A DNA stretch of 64,000 bases from positions 160,001 to 224,000 of the forward strand of contig CAXXXD010000003.1 of assembly GCA_963663385.2 (NCBI GenBank), read 5' to 3'. This document shows, piece by piece, positions 39,581 through 49,178 of this stretch. The first letter of the stretch is position 1. The number at the start of each line of letters is the position of its first letter. The notes beneath the pieces are model-generated. The model searched no databases. It saw only the letters and a list, made by a program, of their open reading frames with translations, and was not told the origin of the DNA. Made by a program: the position numbers and the translations under genes. The DNA comes from Oceanispirochaeta sp. (GTDB taxonomy: Bacteria; Spirochaetota; Spirochaetia; DSM-2461).

Positions 39581-39935
39581 CGGCATCCACCTCCTGTTTC
39601 TCTCCGCCGTCAATATACAGGAATACCTCATTGGGCAGACAGGCTGCCCACTCCCCCGATTCTGAGATCTGTCCCATGTGGACACAGAGGTTGTCGTCAC
39701 AGTCTGAATGGATAAAGGCTGCCTTTCCTTCGGAAATCTGAATAACCGATTCCCCGACAGGGCCCCGTACATGAATCTCCCTGTCTTCCGAGAGAGGGTA
39801 GAGGGCTACCCCGTCTCTGTCTTCAATGTATAAATAACCGCTGTCGCCGGATCTGTTCCACCCATACCAGGTAAAAACGGAAAAGATCAGAAGCGAAAGT
39901 AGTATAGCGGCAATATCATATCTGCGTATCTTCAT
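39570..39935 (-). CDS. NusG domain II-containing protein (EetA/Lin0431-like)
   Basis: N-terminal TM helix; 'SDCDDNLCVHMGQIS..GEWAACLPN' cysteine pattern; 'EVDA' tail. Confidence 0.88.
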   Translation of the reverse strand: MKIRRYDIAAILLSLLIFSVFTWYGWNRSGDSGYLYIEDRDGVALYPLSEDREIHVRGPVGESVIQISEGKAAFIHSDCDDNLCVHMGQISESGEWAACLPNEVFLYIDGGEKQEVDADVY

Positions 39936-40199
39936 AATTTGTGCCCCTAAACTAACATTTTTATAGGGAGACTGGGAATAGAAATCCCCTTCAAAAGCAC
40001 CGGAAAATCCTTATCCTCTTCACTTGAAACAGCAATGTAATAAGGAGATTCACTCTTTGAGGGCTGGAATCGATCCCGACAGAACTTTTTCTCTTGCCAT
40101 ATGTTCGAAAAAAGCCAACCATTAAAAAAATAGTGATATACTGTATATACCCGATACATTGTACTTGCAGATCCTATATTTCTGGAAAAGGAGATATTG

Positions 40200-40367
40200 A
40201 TGTTATCTGAAAGTGAAAAACAGGCTGAGATTCAGCAGTGGGGAATCATCTATCGCATGGCACTTCAAAGAAAGAGTCTTTCAGAATTGAAGTTCTCTCA
40301 GGAGGAGCGCGTTATTAAACGTGTTTTGGATAAGATCGAAAAACACATTAACGATATTCGAAGATAG
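40200..40367 (+). CDS. Small hypothetical protein (55 aa, predicted helical)
   Basis: AAAGGAGA SD 5 nt before ATG; MLSESEKQAEIQQWGIIYRMALQ...DKIEKHINDIRR. Confidence 0.55.
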   Translation: MLSESEKQAEIQQWGIIYRMALQRKSLSELKFSQEERVIKRVLDKIEKHINDIRR

Positions 40368-40642
40368 AAGAGGATTTTTTTCCTCAATAACCTCCAACCG
40401 GTTGCCATCGCGCCAGTTCATCTCCTTTTGAAATAAACATAAGCTGTCCTATGAACCAGAACGGGCGAAACAAATACTCCTTTTCCTATCGGACAGTGAA
40501 AAATATCAGTGACGAATCAGAACAGATCATTCGCAGACTCCTATTTTTAAAATATTCCAGTAACATCTGTTCTTTTTTATTTGAAATCCCGGTGGTCCGG
40601 ATATTATCCTTAATACTAGGCAAAAAGAAACGGAGGATCATT

Positions 40643-42619
40643 ATGGTTAAACAGGTAAAGATAAGGACCAAGATGCTGGGGAGTTTTTCCCTTTTGGTTA
40701 TTTGTACGATTATCGTCGGACTGATGGGGATACGAGGGATTAATCAGATCAATTATCAGAATGAGATAAATGCCCTGGCCAACCGCTGTCTGGTGGATGC
40801 CCAGGATGTTCAGGCCGGATCGCTGCGCTATATTATCTATAAGGACGACAGCTATATAGATGTGGCTTCCGAAGAAGCGGAAAATGTCATAACCCAGGCC
40901 GGAGCCGCGGAAGAACTGATGCTGAGCGAAGAGAATAAACAATACACTCAGGCTCTTATTGCGGCAATGAAAAGCTATCACTCCCATAATCTATCCTACC
41001 GGGATATTCAGGAGGAAATCTATACTTCCTCTGCGGAAAGATCTGCCGCAGCGGATGATGTCCTTGAAAAGATAAAAAATCTGATTGCCAATGTATCTTC
41101 CGAAATGAATAAAAAATCTGTCAACGGCCTGGTTTCCCAAAGGAATGTGAACAGTCTGATGCATCTGCAGGAGATCCGGAACGCTACAAACCGGTTCAGA
41201 ATCAGTTCTCAAAAATTCCAGCTTGCTAAAACGGCAGACGAGAAGGCGTCTTATGGTGAAGCCTGGAATCTGGGGATAGATACGGTGCGGAACCTTCTGG
41301 TTGAAGGGAAAGCTCTGTTTACCGATGCGGCCATTCTGGGGTACTTCGATCAGAGTCTGAGGGATATCGATATCTATAAAGAACATGTGGAGGCATACAA
41401 AAAGCTGGAGAACGCCCAGAACGAACTGCTGGACCTGCAGCGGGAAGAAGCTGCTCTGGTAATGGCCAGCGCCCGCTCCGTACGGGACGGTGTTAACCGT
41501 GTTATTGAGCAGGTAACCAGAACCAATACAATGATTGCTGTTATTCTGGCTGTTCTGTCGGCGGTTATAGGTCTGACGGTTGCCGTATTTTTGACAAAAT
41601 CCATTACTTCCCAGCTTGGGGGTGAACCCTATGAAATCGTGGATATCACATCACGCATTGCCAGAGGAGATCTGAATATTCAGTTTCCCGATAGAAAACT
41701 GACCGGCGTATACTCATCCATGAAGGATATGACAGGCCAGCTTATAAATATCGTAAATGATATAATCAGTGCGGCCGATCAGGTTACCAGCGGAAGCGAA
41801 CAGATATCCTCTTCGGCTCAGCAGATATCCTCCGGAACCAGCGAGCAGGCTTCCAATATGGAAGAGGTGTCCGCTTCAATCGAAGAGCTGAATGCCAATA
41901 TTCAGCAGAATACGGACAATGCCCAGCAATCAAATGTCATGGCTCAGAAAGTTACCGAGGATTCCCAGGAGGGCAGCATTGCCGTTGCCGAAACTGTCAG
42001 CGCCATGAAAGAGATTGCAGAAAAAATCTCTGTTATTCAGGAGATTGCCAGGAGTACCAATATGCTGGCGCTGAATGCTGCTATTGAAGCCGCCCGGGCG
42101 GGTGATGCGGGAAAAGGATTTGCCGTTGTGGCCTCTGAGGTCAGAAAACTGGCCGAGTCCAGCGGGTCCGCCGCCAAGGATATTACGGAAATCACTCAAA
42201 ACAGTGTTCACCGGGCTATAACGGCTCAGGAAAAAATAGAACAGGTCGTGCCTTCCATGAAAAAAACCGCAGACCTTGTGGAAGAGATCACCATGGCCAG
42301 TCAGGAGCAGAACAAAGGATCCGAGCAGATAAACTCCGCAGTTGTCCAGCTTGATTCGGTTATCCAGCAGAATGCTTCCGCTTCGGAAGAACTGGCATCC
42401 ATGTCAGAAGAGCTGCTCTCCCAGGCTACCTCCATGAAAGAGACGATCAGTTTCTTTAAACTGTCAGGGAGAGATAAAACGGAAAAGATAAAACCCGTCA
42501 GCTATGAAACAAAAGAGGAGACTCCCCGTTTTGCCCTTCATAAAGCCGATATCCCGGCACCGCAGGATATCCATACCGGTGAGTCCTATGCAGACGACCA
42601 GGAGTTTATTGATTTCTGA
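40643..42619 (+). CDS. Methyl-accepting chemotaxis protein
   Basis: GGAGG SD at 40632; TM, large helical periplasmic domain, TM, HAMP-like 'LGGEP', hairpin tip '[34 protein letters not shown]'. Confidence 0.95.
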   Translation: MVKQVKIRTKMLGSFSLLVICTIIVGLMGIRGINQINYQNEINALANRCLVDAQDVQAGSLRYIIYKDDSYIDVASEEAENVITQAGAAEELMLSEENKQYTQALIAAMKSYHSHNLSYRDIQEEIYTSSAERSAAADDVLEKIKNLIANVSSEMNKKSVNGLVSQRNVNSLMHLQEIRNATNRFRISSQKFQLAKTADEKASYGEAWNLGIDTVRNLLVEGKALFTDAAILGYFDQSLRDIDIYKEHVEAYKKLENAQNELLDLQREEAALVMASARSVRDGVNRVIEQVTRTNTMIAVILAVLSAVIGLTVAVFLTKSITSQLGGEPYEIVDITSRIARGDLNIQFPDRKLTGVYSSMKDMTGQLINIVNDIISAADQVTSGSEQISSSAQQISSGTSEQASNMEEVSASIEELNANIQQNTDNAQQSNVMAQKVTEDSQEGSIAVAETVSAMKEIAEKISVIQEIARSTNMLALNAAIEAARAGDAGKGFAVVASEVRKLAESSGSAAKDITEITQNSVHRAITAQEKIEQVVPSMKKTADLVEEITMASQEQNKGSEQINSAVVQLDSVIQQNASASEELASMSEELLSQATSMKETISFFKLSGRDKTEKIKPVSYETKEETPRFALHKADIPAPQDIHTGESYADDQEFIDF

Positions 42620-42649
42620 CAGTGCCTTACGCCTTTATCCCCTTAAAAA

Positions 42650-42695
42650 GGTATGAGGCTGTCCCCCTTCGAAGGGGGCAGTCTCATACCGTTTT
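42650..42695 (+). terminator. Intrinsic terminator after the MCP gene
   Basis: Long stem GGTATGAGGCTGTCCCC / GGGGGCAGTCTCATACC followed by GTTTT. Confidence 0.75.
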
Positions 42696-42828
42696 ACAGC
42701 CTGTCGCAGGGCTGTCCGGATTCTCTCCCCAGACTGGAATATAAATATATTAAATAAAACATATATAGTTCATATTTTATTTATATGTATACTCTAATTT
42801 TAAAACATCTGATAGATGGAGGTTCATT

Positions 42829-43341
42829 ATGAACAGTAAATACTTTTTGATAGTTATGATTGCCCTTTTAAGCGCTGGAATATTTGCGGATGATTTCGGA
42901 TCGGCAGGAGCTCTGGATAAGAGAAACTTTGATCTTGAGGAGATGATGCGTTACGCCTGGGAAGATGAGCATATGGCTCTGGCGGAATATGAGGCTATTA
43001 TGGATAAATTCAAGGTTGACCGTCCTTACGCCAATATCGCCCGGTCTGAGGAGACTCATATCGCTCTGCTGACCGAACTGTATGAAGCCCATGGTCTGCC
43101 CCTTCCTTCAGTTAATGTAAAAGGTCATATGGTTCTGCCTTCCAGTCTGGAGGAAGCTGCTGAAATCGGCGTTAAGGCCGAGATTAACAATATTGATATG
43201 TATGAGCTTTTTCTGAAGAACGATCTGCCTGCCGATGTAGCCGAAGTATTTGAACTGTTAAAGGCAGGATCGGAGAAGCATCTGGACGCCTTTGAAAGAC
43301 AGCTGGAAAACCCCGCCGGCAGCGGACGCCGGCGCAGTTGA
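42829..43341 (+). CDS. Exported ferritin-like domain protein (DUF2202-like)
   Basis: Signal peptide; diiron-type pattern 'EDEHMA...SEETH...EINNIDMY...SEKH'. Confidence 0.8.
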   Translation: MNSKYFLIVMIALLSAGIFADDFGSAGALDKRNFDLEEMMRYAWEDEHMALAEYEAIMDKFKVDRPYANIARSEETHIALLTELYEAHGLPLPSVNVKGHMVLPSSLEEAAEIGVKAEINNIDMYELFLKNDLPADVAEVFELLKAGSEKHLDAFERQLENPAGSGRRRS

Positions 43342-43364
43342 ATAGAAATATTTTTTCTGACCAC

Positions 43365-43416
43365 GGGGGAGCTGATGCAGAAATACGGGATTCTGTATCA
43401 GCTCCCTTGTTTTTTT
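43365..43416 (+). terminator. Intrinsic terminator
   Basis: GGGAGCTGATGCAGAA / TTCTGTATCAGCTCCC stem followed by TTGTTTTTTT. Confidence 0.8.
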
Positions 43417-43555
43417 ACTGGAGAACTTCCGGAAAAACTGGCTAATCTGTTTTCCATAAAGAAGGGAAAGCGGTAGAGCCTGTTCATAATTGACTGAAAA
43501 ACCAATTTAATCATAGGATAATGTTGTCCATGACAAGGATTAAAGGAGTTGTCTC

Positions 43556-43954
43556 ATGATTCAGTATAAGAAGAGAAGAAAGTACAAGTATAATCTCCAT
43601 TCGGTCTGTACCTATCATACAGGCATTAAGGTCGAGAAAGAGCATAAATCCGCGTTCATCGAAATAGGAACTGACGGGCTTTTAACGATACGCAAAGGAT
43701 ATGCCTGGGACGGACCCAGCGGTCCGACCATTGACACTAAGGACTTCATGCGGGGGTCCCTTGTCCATGACGCCCTTTACCAGCTGCTGAGAGAGGGTGT
43801 TCTGGATCAGAAATACAGAAAACGGGCCGACGAGATTATCCGTGAAATCTGTGTGGAAGACGGGATGTGGAAGCCCGTTGCCTGGCTGGTGTACCAGGGG
43901 GTTCACCTTTTCGGCGGGAAACACGCCAAACCGGATATGATTAAAGCTCCCTGA
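43556..43954 (+). CDS. DUF1353 domain protein
   Basis: AAAGGAG SD; 'GYAWDGPS', 'SLVHDALY', 'RKRAD', 'YQGVHLFG'. Confidence 0.8.
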   Translation: MIQYKKRRKYKYNLHSVCTYHTGIKVEKEHKSAFIEIGTDGLLTIRKGYAWDGPSGPTIDTKDFMRGSLVHDALYQLLREGVLDQKYRKRADEIIREICVEDGMWKPVAWLVYQGVHLFGGKHAKPDMIKAP

Positions 43955-44048
43955 AAAGGGAACTGCAAACGGGACTTAATACCGGCCCTCATACCAGCCT
44001 TCTCCCGGAGGGAGAAGGAGTAAGATTCGGTTATCTGCTTTGCCTGTA

Positions 44049-45446
44049 TCAGCCTATTTCCGTGGCCGGTTTAAGCTTCTCTTCCGCCGCTATCCGGCCT
44101 TTTGCTGCTGTCTGAAAAATAATGGCGCTCAGCGAAATAAGGGCAATCAGGTTGGGGATGGCCATCAAGCCGTTGAAGGTATCCGAAAGATCCCATACTA
44201 TTCCGATTTTCATTATAGAGCCAAGGAGTGTAACCCCAAGGAATACCCATTTATACAGGGCAATGGATTTTGTTCCGGCAATATATTCCAGGCATTTGGA
44301 ACCGTAATAGAACCATCCCAGGATGGTAGAGAAGGCAAAGAATATCAGGCCGATTGATACCAGGTACTTCCCGAATCCTGGCAGAGCCATATCAAAAGCG
44401 CTGGTTGTCAGAGACGCCCCGTTAAGACCTCCGGTAACAACCATGAGACCATCGCTCCCGAAACTGATCAGACCCGAAACCATAATCACCAGAGCTGTCA
44501 TGGTACAGATAACCAGGGTATCGATAAAAGATCCGAGGGAAGCAATCAGCCCCTGTGTATAGGGGTTGTCGTTAGTGGAGGCCGCATGGGCGATCGGGGC
44601 GCTTCCCAGACCTGCTTCATTTGAAAAAACACCTCTGGCTACACCAAGGCGGATGACAGTTCCGATCAGACCGCCCTTGACCGCTGTGCTTGAAAACGCA
44701 TGGGAAAATATAAGCTGGAATGCTGCAGGAACAGTGGATAACCTGCTGATCAGGATGATCAGAGAACCGCCAACGAAAAAAAGGGCCATAAAAGGGACAA
44801 TTTTCGATGTTACCCCGGCTATGGATTTGATACCGCCGATAATTACCAGCCCCGTAAGCACTGTTATGATTATTCCCGAAACATATAAGGGGATCCCGAA
44901 GCTGAGCTGAAGGGCATCGGCAACAGAATTGGACTGAACCATACTCCCTATCCCGAAGGAGGCAAAGACCCCGAAGAAGGCGAACAGCCATCCCAGCCAG
45001 GACCAGTTCCCGCCGAAACGTTCCTTCATTCCGTTTTTAATGTAGTACATGGGGCCGCCGGATTGTTCTCCTTTTTCATTTACTTCCCGGTAGCGGATAG
45101 CCAGAACAGCTTCTCCGAATTTGGTCGCTCCTCCGAAGGCTGCAGTAACCCACATCCAGAAAACGGCTCCCGGTCCGCCCAGGGCTACAGCTGTAGCGAC
45201 TCCGGCGATATTGCCCGTTCCGATTGTGGCGGACAGGGAGGTCATCAATGCCTGAAAAGGTGTAATATCCCCGCTGCCGCTATGGTCTTTGGAAAAAAGC
45301 AGTTTAAAAGCAAGTCCCAGTTTTCTGAACTGGATAAACCTTGTTCCAAGCGACAGGAGTATCCCGGTCCCCACCAGGAAGATAATCATCACAGGTCCCC
45401 AGGCAAAACTATTGATCTTTGAAACCATTGAGGTGAATAATTCCAT
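44049..45446 (-). CDS. Alanine/glycine:cation symporter (AGCS family)
   Basis: AAGGAG SD before MELFTSM; 'IGTGNIAGV', 'GGPGAVFWMW', 'GGPMYY', 'FSNEAGLGS', 'DTLVICTMT'. Confidence 0.93.
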   Translation of the reverse strand: MELFTSMVSKINSFAWGPVMIIFLVGTGILLSLGTRFIQFRKLGLAFKLLFSKDHSGSGDITPFQALMTSLSATIGTGNIAGVATAVALGGPGAVFWMWVTAAFGGATKFGEAVLAIRYREVNEKGEQSGGPMYYIKNGMKERFGGNWSWLGWLFAFFGVFASFGIGSMVQSNSVADALQLSFGIPLYVSGIIITVLTGLVIIGGIKSIAGVTSKIVPFMALFFVGGSLIILISRLSTVPAAFQLIFSHAFSSTAVKGGLIGTVIRLGVARGVFSNEAGLGSAPIAHAASTNDNPYTQGLIASLGSFIDTLVICTMTALVIMVSGLISFGSDGLMVVTGGLNGASLTTSAFDMALPGFGKYLVSIGLIFFAFSTILGWFYYGSKCLEYIAGTKSIALYKWVFLGVTLLGSIMKIGIVWDLSDTFNGLMAIPNLIALISLSAIIFQTAAKGRIAAEEKLKPATEIG

Positions 45447-45720
45447 TTTATGCTCCTTTTTTTTATGTATAAGAACTGAATCAGTCACCATTGATAATGG
45501 AAAGAAGAACCTTTTTCAAGGAGGTCCTTTCAGGGTAAGACTTTATGGGAGACCGGAAATCTTAGGGATAGGGGAAACTTTTTATCCATACTTTCGCAGA
45601 TGGATAATTTCCCGATCCATTTTTCATGAATAGAGTATTTTCTATAAAAATGATATTTTCTTCGAATATTTCACAATCGCTTCCCGGTCGTCCGCATCAA
45701 GCCGGTCCTGACCCGGCTTA

Positions 45721-47682
45721 TTACTGATCCGAACTGGAATTGTCCGTGATCTGACGGGAACAGGCTGACAGCATCTGAAACTCTTTCTGATAATCTCCCG
45801 GGGTACGGCCATACTCCTTTTTAAAAAGACGGAAAAACGTTCCCATACTGGCAAAGCCCGATTCCTCGGCAATTTCCTTTACAGAATCATCGGATGTATG
45901 AAGTCTAAGTTCTGCCTTTTTCAGACGGCAGTGATTTATATATCCTGCGATACTGTATGAACTATGCTGCTTGAAGAGCCTGTTCAGATAACCGGAAGTC
46001 AATTGAAATCGGTCTGCAATTGTATCTGCCGATAGATTAAAATCATTGAGTTCCGTCTCTATAATCTCCTTTACCTGTAAAACCGTCGTATCATGTTTTG
46101 CTTCCTTTTTTCTGCTGCATTCAAGCAGCACTTTCCGGATGATTTCAGCAAGCAGTTCTTTTACTCCTTCTATTGTTTCCGGATTCTGTATTCTCAGGAT
46201 CATGGGGGTTACATTTTCAATGGAAGGAATATGCCAGGTCCTTTCAAGGGCTTCTACAGTTGTCATCAGGGTTGCTGTAAATCTGATTATAAGTCTCCGC
46301 ATATTACGGGGACCGTAAACAAAGCCGGACGAGATAAGATCGTTGAGTATTTTCCATGATTCTGATTCATTGAGCGTATGCATCGCCTCTACAAAACGCT
46401 TCTCCTTTTCCAGAGGATAATGAAATTTCTCCTGACTGTTCAGATAGGATGATCCTGAACTGATAAAGGAACCTTTTCCTGACAGAAAGCGGTACTCTGC
46501 AATCTGAAGCAAACGGGAGAAGTCCTGATCCAGATCAATGGCTTCGGTATTAAGCAAACCGAAGGTCATGGTGACGGAAACATCATTTTTTTCCAGCAGT
46601 ATTCCATGATTCAATTCAAACCACTCTTTCAACTCCTCCTGTTCATCAACATGGGAAAGATTTACAAGAAATACAATCATATCGTCACTGTAGCGGAATG
46701 ATTCAAAAACCATCCCTCTGTTTCTGATGATTCCTTCCATGTATTCCGTAAGGTTTTCCATAATGCCTGTCTGTTCCCCGATGTTGTACTGATGGGAAAA
46801 TGAGGAGTAGTCATCAAGCTGCAGAGCAACGGGCTGTATGGGGGCGGATAAACTCAGATCTATCCCCAGTTCTCCTTTTCTGCTGTTAAAACGTTCAAGG
46901 TTTTCATCGCAGCTGTTATAGACAAGTTTCTTGAAAAGCCGATTCTTCTGGTCTTTCAGATAAAGGATGCGGTTGATTTGAGATGTTTTCAGCTGTTTCT
47001 GAATCAGAAACAGAAGGCCGAGGGTTATCAGAACAGTGAATGACAATATGACGGAGATGATTCGAACCTTTTTCAGATACAGTGTTCCGGCCTGCTCAAG
47101 ATCCGTCATAACTGAAGTAAAGAGGGTGTCAAACTCCTTCGTGGCATTGTCCAGGGATTCCAGGGCATAAACCGTATCATCCAGCAGGAATATTTCACTG
47201 ACCGTCAGCTGATCGGTCATTCTGAGTTTATACATGGTGTGAAGAAAACCATTTACCATAACTTTTTCTCCCAGTCCTGTCTGCAGGATCTGCAGAAAGA
47301 AATGGTCAGCGTTATTAAGCTGAACTTCTGTGAAACGCCAGACCCGGATAATCCCTTCCAGTTTTTCCGGTATGCTGTCCAGTTTCTGAATCTGCCGGTT
47401 CTCTGCAAAGCTGTCCAGTGCTTTTGAAAAACTCCTGTAATGGTCCGACCATTCCACTATCCCGGAGGGGGGGCCGTCGCCCCTGAGTGTATAGCGGTCC
47501 AGAAGTATCTGGTTTGTCTCATTCTGAAGTTTATTCCAGTCTGCCAGGAGTTTTACAGATTCCAGAGCCAGTGACTGTACCCGGTTGGAATGTGTATTAT
47601 AAAAAACAATCCCCGCTGTCAGCAGGGCAAGTGTCAAAAATACTGCCGTAAACAGAACGAAAAAACGATGGATTTTTAGCAT
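45721..47682 (-). CDS. Membrane-anchored AraC family regulator (TM, extracytoplasmic domain, TM, linker, HTH)
   Basis: Two TM helices flank a soluble domain of about 175 aa; C-terminal 'IAEESGFASMGTFFRLFKKEYGRTPGDY'. Confidence 0.85.
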   Translation of the reverse strand: MLKIHRFFVLFTAVFLTLALLTAGIVFYNTHSNRVQSLALESVKLLADWNKLQNETNQILLDRYTLRGDGPPSGIVEWSDHYRSFSKALDSFAENRQIQKLDSIPEKLEGIIRVWRFTEVQLNNADHFFLQILQTGLGEKVMVNGFLHTMYKLRMTDQLTVSEIFLLDDTVYALESLDNATKEFDTLFTSVMTDLEQAGTLYLKKVRIISVILSFTVLITLGLLFLIQKQLKTSQINRILYLKDQKNRLFKKLVYNSCDENLERFNSRKGELGIDLSLSAPIQPVALQLDDYSSFSHQYNIGEQTGIMENLTEYMEGIIRNRGMVFESFRYSDDMIVFLVNLSHVDEQEELKEWFELNHGILLEKNDVSVTMTFGLLNTEAIDLDQDFSRLLQIAEYRFLSGKGSFISSGSSYLNSQEKFHYPLEKEKRFVEAMHTLNESESWKILNDLISSGFVYGPRNMRRLIIRFTATLMTTVEALERTWHIPSIENVTPMILRIQNPETIEGVKELLAEIIRKVLLECSRKKEAKHDTTVLQVKEIIETELNDFNLSADTIADRFQLTSGYLNRLFKQHSSYSIAGYINHCRLKKAELRLHTSDDSVKEIAEESGFASMGTFFRLFKKEYGRTPGDYQKEFQMLSACSRQITDNSSSDQ

Positions 47683-47737
47683 CCTGTCAGTCTATCATGT
47701 ACTTATCGTTTTCGCTATCAAGGATTGGAGCCCAATT

Positions 47738-49009
47738 ATGTCCGGACGTTTTCTTTTATACCTGTTTCTGGTTCTCAGCTCCTTAACTCTTTCTGCAGAA
47801 TCCGTTTCTACCGAATCAAAAGAGACTTTGACTGTCTGGGATTTTAAATTTACGGATCTGCGGACCAACAGGGCTATGAACCGTGTAGATAATCTCTTCC
47901 GGGAAGAGAATCCCGGGATTATCCTGGAACATAAGGGATTCTATGATCAGCAGTATATACCATCTCTCCGGACCTCTCTGTTAGCGGGCACAGGTCCGGA
48001 TATACTCTGGCTGCATAACGGTATTGAATTTACCGAGTTTCAATCCTACCTTGAAGTTCTGGATCCCTATCTGGCAGCTTCGGAAATAAAATTCCGTAAT
48101 GAGTCCATTGAGGCCTGCAGAGCCGGGAATGGCAGGCTGATGGGATTCCCCCTGACTTTTCAGGGGATGGGATGGTATTACAATAAGGATCTGTTCAGGC
48201 AGGCCGGGCTTGACCCGGAAAAAGCTCCAGTCGACTGGAATGATTTCCTTGAAAGTTGTGAAGTTTTAAAAAACAACGGCATTATTCCCATCGCAGCAGG
48301 CAACAACCGGCCCCTGACGACGGAGTTTATACGCAGGAGCCTGATCTCGGCTTTCTTTACGGATGATGAAATCAGAACATTCTATAAACAGGCCAGAGGC
48401 GTCAGATCACCCCGCTACAGGCTTATAATAGAATTCTGCAGGACATTGAGAGAAAGGGGATATTTTCATGAGGAAGGCCTTTTCCGGCCCTATTTCAGTT
48501 TTGCTCCGGATACTTTCAGTGAAGGTCGTGCAGCCTTTATCCCCGGACTGTTATCCGATATTGCTCACTGGAAAAACTTCTCTGATGCTCTGGGAGGAAA
48601 TTCCGTGGGGTATTTCCCGAATCTTCATTATCCGGATATGGCAAGGCCGGGAGTACAGCTGCTGCAGGATGCGGGTATCCTGATCTGTATGAACAGGAAA
48701 TCGGACAGTAAAGAGGCGGCATTCAGATATATGGAGCACCTTTATTCCGACAGTTCTCAAAGAATACTTATGGAGGATCTCGGAATGCTCCTGCCTGTTG
48801 AGAACCATAGTTTTAATACGGATAAATATCCCGTATTGAATTCAATCAGGAAGGCCCTGGACTGCACGGGAGAAGATCCCGAGCGTTACATCCCCTCTAC
48901 TTATGTTTCAGATATACAATACAGGCTGGATGATCTGCTGATAAATACGCAGGAAATAACAACAGATGAATATCTCCTTAAGATTATCGATGAGCTGAGG
49001 CTGTATTAA
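47738..49009 (+). CDS. Sugar ABC-type substrate-binding protein (possibly sensory)
   Basis: Signal peptide, 'GPDIL', 'YYNKDLFRQAGLDP..P..W'; shares motifs with the next gene. Confidence 0.85.
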   Translation: MSGRFLLYLFLVLSSLTLSAESVSTESKETLTVWDFKFTDLRTNRAMNRVDNLFREENPGIILEHKGFYDQQYIPSLRTSLLAGTGPDILWLHNGIEFTEFQSYLEVLDPYLAASEIKFRNESIEACRAGNGRLMGFPLTFQGMGWYYNKDLFRQAGLDPEKAPVDWNDFLESCEVLKNNGIIPIAAGNNRPLTTEFIRRSLISAFFTDDEIRTFYKQARGVRSPRYRLIIEFCRTLRERGYFHEEGLFRPYFSFAPDTFSEGRAAFIPGLLSDIAHWKNFSDALGGNSVGYFPNLHYPDMARPGVQLLQDAGILICMNRKSDSKEAAFRYMEHLYSDSSQRILMEDLGMLLPVENHSFNTDKYPVLNSIRKALDCTGEDPERYIPSTYVSDIQYRLDDLLINTQEITTDEYLLKIIDELRLY

Positions 49010-49178
49010 ATACTTGCTTTTTTGTGTAAAAAATTATGTTTATTTTACAGTTTTCAGTACTTTTTACATAATTTAAGATTCCTGTTTCACTGCTTTTAAG
49101 AGTACTTAGGCGTATTGGAACTTTTCAGATTTCAACTTTCTCCCTCACACTGAATTCATTCCAAGAGGAGGGACCTGA

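Noticed and set aside
39036..39772. Long N-terminal extensions of ORFs 38421-39266 and 39032-39772
   Set aside because: They overlap upstream genes; coupled or SD-supported starts at 39035 and 39580 fit better.
40451..40642. 64-aa N-terminal extension of the MCP
   Set aside because: A GGAGG SD and the TM1 position support a start at 40643.
45447..45720. Glycine riboswitch upstream of the AGCS symporter
   Set aside because: The conserved GGAGA...CCGAAG...CTCTCAGG elements were not found on the minus strand.
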